Origin: Promethearchaeota archaeon
GTDB taxonomy: Archaea; Asgardarchaeota; Lokiarchaeia; Sigyniarchaeales; SOKP01
Direction of reading: 5' to 3'
Length of the DNA: 64,000 nt
Assembly: GCA_048940925.1 (NCBI GenBank)
Contig: JBHLOC010000003.1
Coordinates: forward strand, 1-64,000
The notes beneath the pieces are model-generated. The model did not search any database. It had not been told where the DNA came from and worked only from the letters and a program-made list of their open reading frames with translations. The translations under genes were made by a program, and so were the position numbers. Of the stretch, positions 60,874 through 64,000 are shown piece by piece. Every line of letters starts with the position of its first letter. Positions within the stretch are counted from its first letter, which is position 1.

Positions 60874-62064
60874 ATGACGTTAGAAAACTATTTCAAATCT
60901 AAATTCAAAATTTTTAAGTTTTCTAAAAATAAATTTCAAAATAATGTCAAATTTATTCATGCTAGTGATTTACACTTAGGTGCAGCACAATATCGAAATG
61001 AAAATCGATCAAATGATTTCATTAGAGCTTTTCAGGAAATATTAGAATTAGCAATAGAGTTTCAGGTTGATTTCATTTTATTAGGGGGCGATATTTTTAC
61101 GTCCCTTGAAATGTTACCAGGAAAATTGACTAAAATTATTAAAATGTTAATGGATTTCAAAGAATTTACAAATAATTCAATTTTAATTATAGCAATAGAG
61201 GGGAATCATGATATTCGTAAATTTTCAAGAGGTGTAAGATTCGAACGAAGAGGTCAATCATGGGTGAAACTCTTAAATAGCTTAGGATTAATAGTCCTCC
61301 TTGATATGGATTCAGAGGCTCCTCCTAAAGAGATGTTCACAAAATATAACTTTGAAAAAAGAAAAGGAGGAAAGATCCAAATAAAAAATGCAGTGATTTA
61401 TGGTACTCGTTATCTTGGTGAAAAGCCGATCTCTTTTCTTTCAAAAATTAGAAAAGCTATTGTTAAGAATAATAATTTTTTTAACATTCTTTTGCAACAT
61501 TTTGGTATAGAAGGCCAGATGGAAAATGTTCCAGGAGTAAAAACAGAAGATATTCAAGTCCTACGACACCGAGTTAATTATTTAGCATTGGGTCATTTTC
61601 ATAAGCAATTCATACTCGAAGATTGGATATATAATCCAGGTTCTTCAGAAGCAGTGAGTTCCATAGATAACTCATTCAAACGAGGTATTTTTTTAGTAGA
61701 AATTTCAAAAAATTTTGAAAGATTTAATAAACAAGTTAAAAAAATCCGTTTAAAAAATCGAGAATATTTATGGCATACAATTCATTTGAATTATGAAATT
61801 AGAAATAAACAAGAATTTGAAATTTTTATAATCAATAAATTAAAGTCCTCGTTAAAATATCTAGATTATGATATTCACCCATCTAATCTCCATATGCCAT
61901 TATTATATTTGATTTTAAAAGGCATACCACCCTCTAAATCATGTAAAATTACCGAAAAGGATTTAAGAACAAAAATTTGTGATACTCTACCTATTGTTGA
62001 TGTTATGATTTATCAAAAATATGTGAATTCGCTAAAGACATTAGACAATTATATACTAGCTTAA
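60874..62064 (+). CDS. Mre11/SbcD-like metallophosphoesterase nuclease
   Basis: SDLHLG, GGDIF, GNHD, ALGHFH, YNPGS. Confidence 0.88.
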   Translation: MTLENYFKSKFKIFKFSKNKFQNNVKFIHASDLHLGAAQYRNENRSNDFIRAFQEILELAIEFQVDFILLGGDIFTSLEMLPGKLTKIIKMLMDFKEFTNNSILIIAIEGNHDIRKFSRGVRFERRGQSWVKLLNSLGLIVLLDMDSEAPPKEMFTKYNFEKRKGGKIQIKNAVIYGTRYLGEKPISFLSKIRKAIVKNNNFFNILLQHFGIEGQMENVPGVKTEDIQVLRHRVNYLALGHFHKQFILEDWIYNPGSSEAVSSIDNSFKRGIFLVEISKNFERFNKQVKKIRLKNREYLWHTIHLNYEIRNKQEFEIFIINKLKSSLKYLDYDIHPSNLHMPLLYLILKGIPPSKSCKITEKDLRTKICDTLPIVDVMIYQKYVNSLKTLDNYILA

Positions 62065-62135
62065 AGATTCTTTTATTGTGATATTATTCCCTATTTCTTT
62101 CATATTTATTAGTTAGTTTAATTAAATTAGTTATT

Positions 62136-63743
62136 ATGAATTTTAAACCATTCATAAAAAATAATAAATTCTTTTTGATTGTTTCTGCTATTTTCTTAAC
62201 TTGGTTAGTCTTCTTTATAATTTTAGCAATTATTGGAGAAAGAATTGTAATATTTTATGATGCTCTTGGACAGGTTGATGTTTCTTCAGAATATTCAAGT
62301 AATTTACCACTATTAAGATACATCATAGAGCCATTTATGGCTTTAGCTTTCATTCTAGAATATGAATTTACATGGTTGATACTATTTTTCATATTTTACC
62401 CAATTCTGAGAATACTATATTTGTATTTAAAGAAAAAGGAGTTCTTTAACTCAAAAAAGTATAATTATATTACTTATCTTTTAGCTGACATCATTTACTT
62501 TTCTTTTAAAATTTTGACTTTGACAGTCTTAATAATCGGAATGTATATTCTTATTGGGTTTGCTATACAAGGATATTTCTTTGTAAGTAGATACTTCATG
62601 GTGCCTATCCAAGTAGGAGTTCATCTTGCCATGATTCTCATTTTCATAAAAGTTGCTTATACCTTACTTAAATTATTTCATCCTAAACTAACACTTAACT
62701 TATCTAGAAAATTCTCAAACCGAAAAGCAGAAGAAAAATCAAATTTTAAGTTGATAAAACGAGAAGCTGTATTTTATATTGGAATTGGTGTTTTATTACT
62801 AAGTGCTAACATTTTTTTAATATCTACACCATTTCCACGGCATAAAATTAAACTGAAAGTTCCGCTCGAAGATAATGAATTTCTACTTGATTTTCATGTT
62901 CATACTATCTTTAGCGATGGTTGGTTTACCGTAGAGGAAAGAATAAACTGGTATATAAAGCAAGGGATCTCAGGGGCAGCCTTTTCTGACCATGATAACA
63001 TAAGAGGGGCTAGAATGGCTCAAAGATATGTTGATGAGCATGATTTAGATTTTATAGTTTTCATGGCCGAGGAATGGACAGATAATGAAAATGATATTCA
63101 TATGAATTATTTTGGTATTGCCGAAGAAATCGTACCTCTTCAATCCTATACTCCTGATGGTCCAAAAGCGATGAATGCTTCAGATATTATCAGTTATGTG
63201 AAAAGTAGAGGAGGTTATATTACAGTTAATCATTATAATTATGATCCAAATCCAAAAGGGGGTTTTGGTGTTCCATATACACTAGATCAATTGAAAGATT
63301 GGGGTGTAGATGGATTTGAAATTGTAAATAGTGGAGGATATGACGATAAATATCAACAAATAAGGGATTACTGCTTAAATAATAACCTAACCTGCATAGG
63401 AGGAAGTGATATTCATTCAAATGAAGATTTAAACACCTTTATTAAATTGAAGCTATCTGATCCTACAAATCTCACCATTGCTAACATTTTTAATACATTA
63501 AAGCACAATACACATCAAGTTATTGCGATTGACCTCAGTCCAAAAGTAGTAGGTTTTTCAAGTGATTTGAATGATTTTGGATTTTATGTGTTGGAGGATT
63601 TTATTAATTACATTATGAATATAGATACTTTTCAGGCAATGTCTTGGATAATTTGGTCAGGATTAATTTATTTACTCTTTTATATTAGCTATAGAAAGAT
63701 AAAAAAAGTTGATCTGAAGTTTTTAAAATATAAAATATATTAA
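62136..63743 (+). CDS. Membrane-anchored PHP-domain protein
   Basis: About 5 N-terminal TM; DFHVHT..SDG, SDHD, NH, GGSDIH; C-terminal TM. Confidence 0.85.
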   Translation: MNFKPFIKNNKFFLIVSAIFLTWLVFFIILAIIGERIVIFYDALGQVDVSSEYSSNLPLLRYIIEPFMALAFILEYEFTWLILFFIFYPILRILYLYLKKKEFFNSKKYNYITYLLADIIYFSFKILTLTVLIIGMYILIGFAIQGYFFVSRYFMVPIQVGVHLAMILIFIKVAYTLLKLFHPKLTLNLSRKFSNRKAEEKSNFKLIKREAVFYIGIGVLLLSANIFLISTPFPRHKIKLKVPLEDNEFLLDFHVHTIFSDGWFTVEERINWYIKQGISGAAFSDHDNIRGARMAQRYVDEHDLDFIVFMAEEWTDNENDIHMNYFGIAEEIVPLQSYTPDGPKAMNASDIISYVKSRGGYITVNHYNYDPNPKGGFGVPYTLDQLKDWGVDGFEIVNSGGYDDKYQQIRDYCLNNNLTCIGGSDIHSNEDLNTFIKLKLSDPTNLTIANIFNTLKHNTHQVIAIDLSPKVVGFSSDLNDFGFYVLEDFINYIMNIDTFQAMSWIIWSGLIYLLFYISYRKIKKVDLKFLKYKIY

Positions 63744-63767
63744 AATTGATATCTAATTAGCATTTGA

Positions 63768-63998
63768 TCAAATATAATAACCGGTATTATCTTCTTTTTT
63801 TTCTTTGTCGTCATCTTTGTCATCATCATCCTTATCTCCAAGTAATTTCTTATAAAAATACTTAAACATTTCTTCTGGATCTCCCTTAAAATCTTTTAAG
63901 TCACGAGGATCAATTTTAATAATACCACCTCTTTTAAGGGGTATTATGTTATTACGTATTTGTTGTTCAATTCTTTCTTGTTTTCTTTTATAGATTTC
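63768..63998 (-). CDS. Partial gene (3' end only) with acidic tail ending in YYI
   Basis: Own translation: ...KRGGIIKIDPRDLKDFKGDPEEMFKYFYKKLLGDKDDDDKDDDKEKKEDNTGYYI*; open to the window edge. Confidence 0.7.
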   Translation of the reverse strand, partial: EIYKRKQERIEQQIRNNIIPLKRGGIIKIDPRDLKDFKGDPEEMFKYFYKKLLGDKDDDDKDDDKEKKEDNTGYYI

Positions 63999-64000
63999 TA

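Noticed and set aside
371-63420. Short nested or antisense track ORFs (e.g. 371, 2114, 11389, 23725, 24907, 33212, 37335, 46627, 50523, 52095, 54653, 63226)
   Set aside because: They overlap well-supported genes and lack motifs; typical shadow frames.
1-64000. CRISPR arrays, tRNA/rRNA genes, transposases
   Set aside because: No spaced repeats, GC-rich structured RNA blocks or transposase/integrase motifs seen by eye; intergenic regions are short and AT-rich.

Overview
An AT-rich, gene-dense archaeal chromosomal segment, most consistent with an Asgard archaeon (Lokiarchaeia-like). That assignment is inferred from Alba, CdhB/CdhC, longin-like proteins, an LRR-TIR protein, TPR proteins and the expanded acyl-CoA genes. 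No rRNA, tRNA, CRISPR array or transposase was recognised. The window is dominated by acyl-CoA/lipid catabolism: 5 thiolase-family genes, 4 DUF35 partners, SCP2, an acyl-CoA dehydrogenase, 2 crotonases, 2 CoA ligases, a BKACE enzyme and GlpD. It also holds a GC-richer amino-acid ABC transporter, an LRR-TIR gene facing an M-S fused DNA methylase, tandem amidases and cdhB-cdhC. The top finding is a thiolase gene (30299-31567, minus strand) interrupted by a 30-nt insert (31160-31189) with two in-frame stops. The insert and its flanks can fold into a bulge-helix-bulge motif whose canonical cleavage would restore the frame exactly, making it a candidate archaeal mRNA intron. Other leads are apparent non-AUG (ATC/ATA) starts, adjacent longin-like and membrane V4R-like genes, a stand-alone 7TM family, an unannotated Zn-ribbon microprotein and an HbYX-tailed protein.
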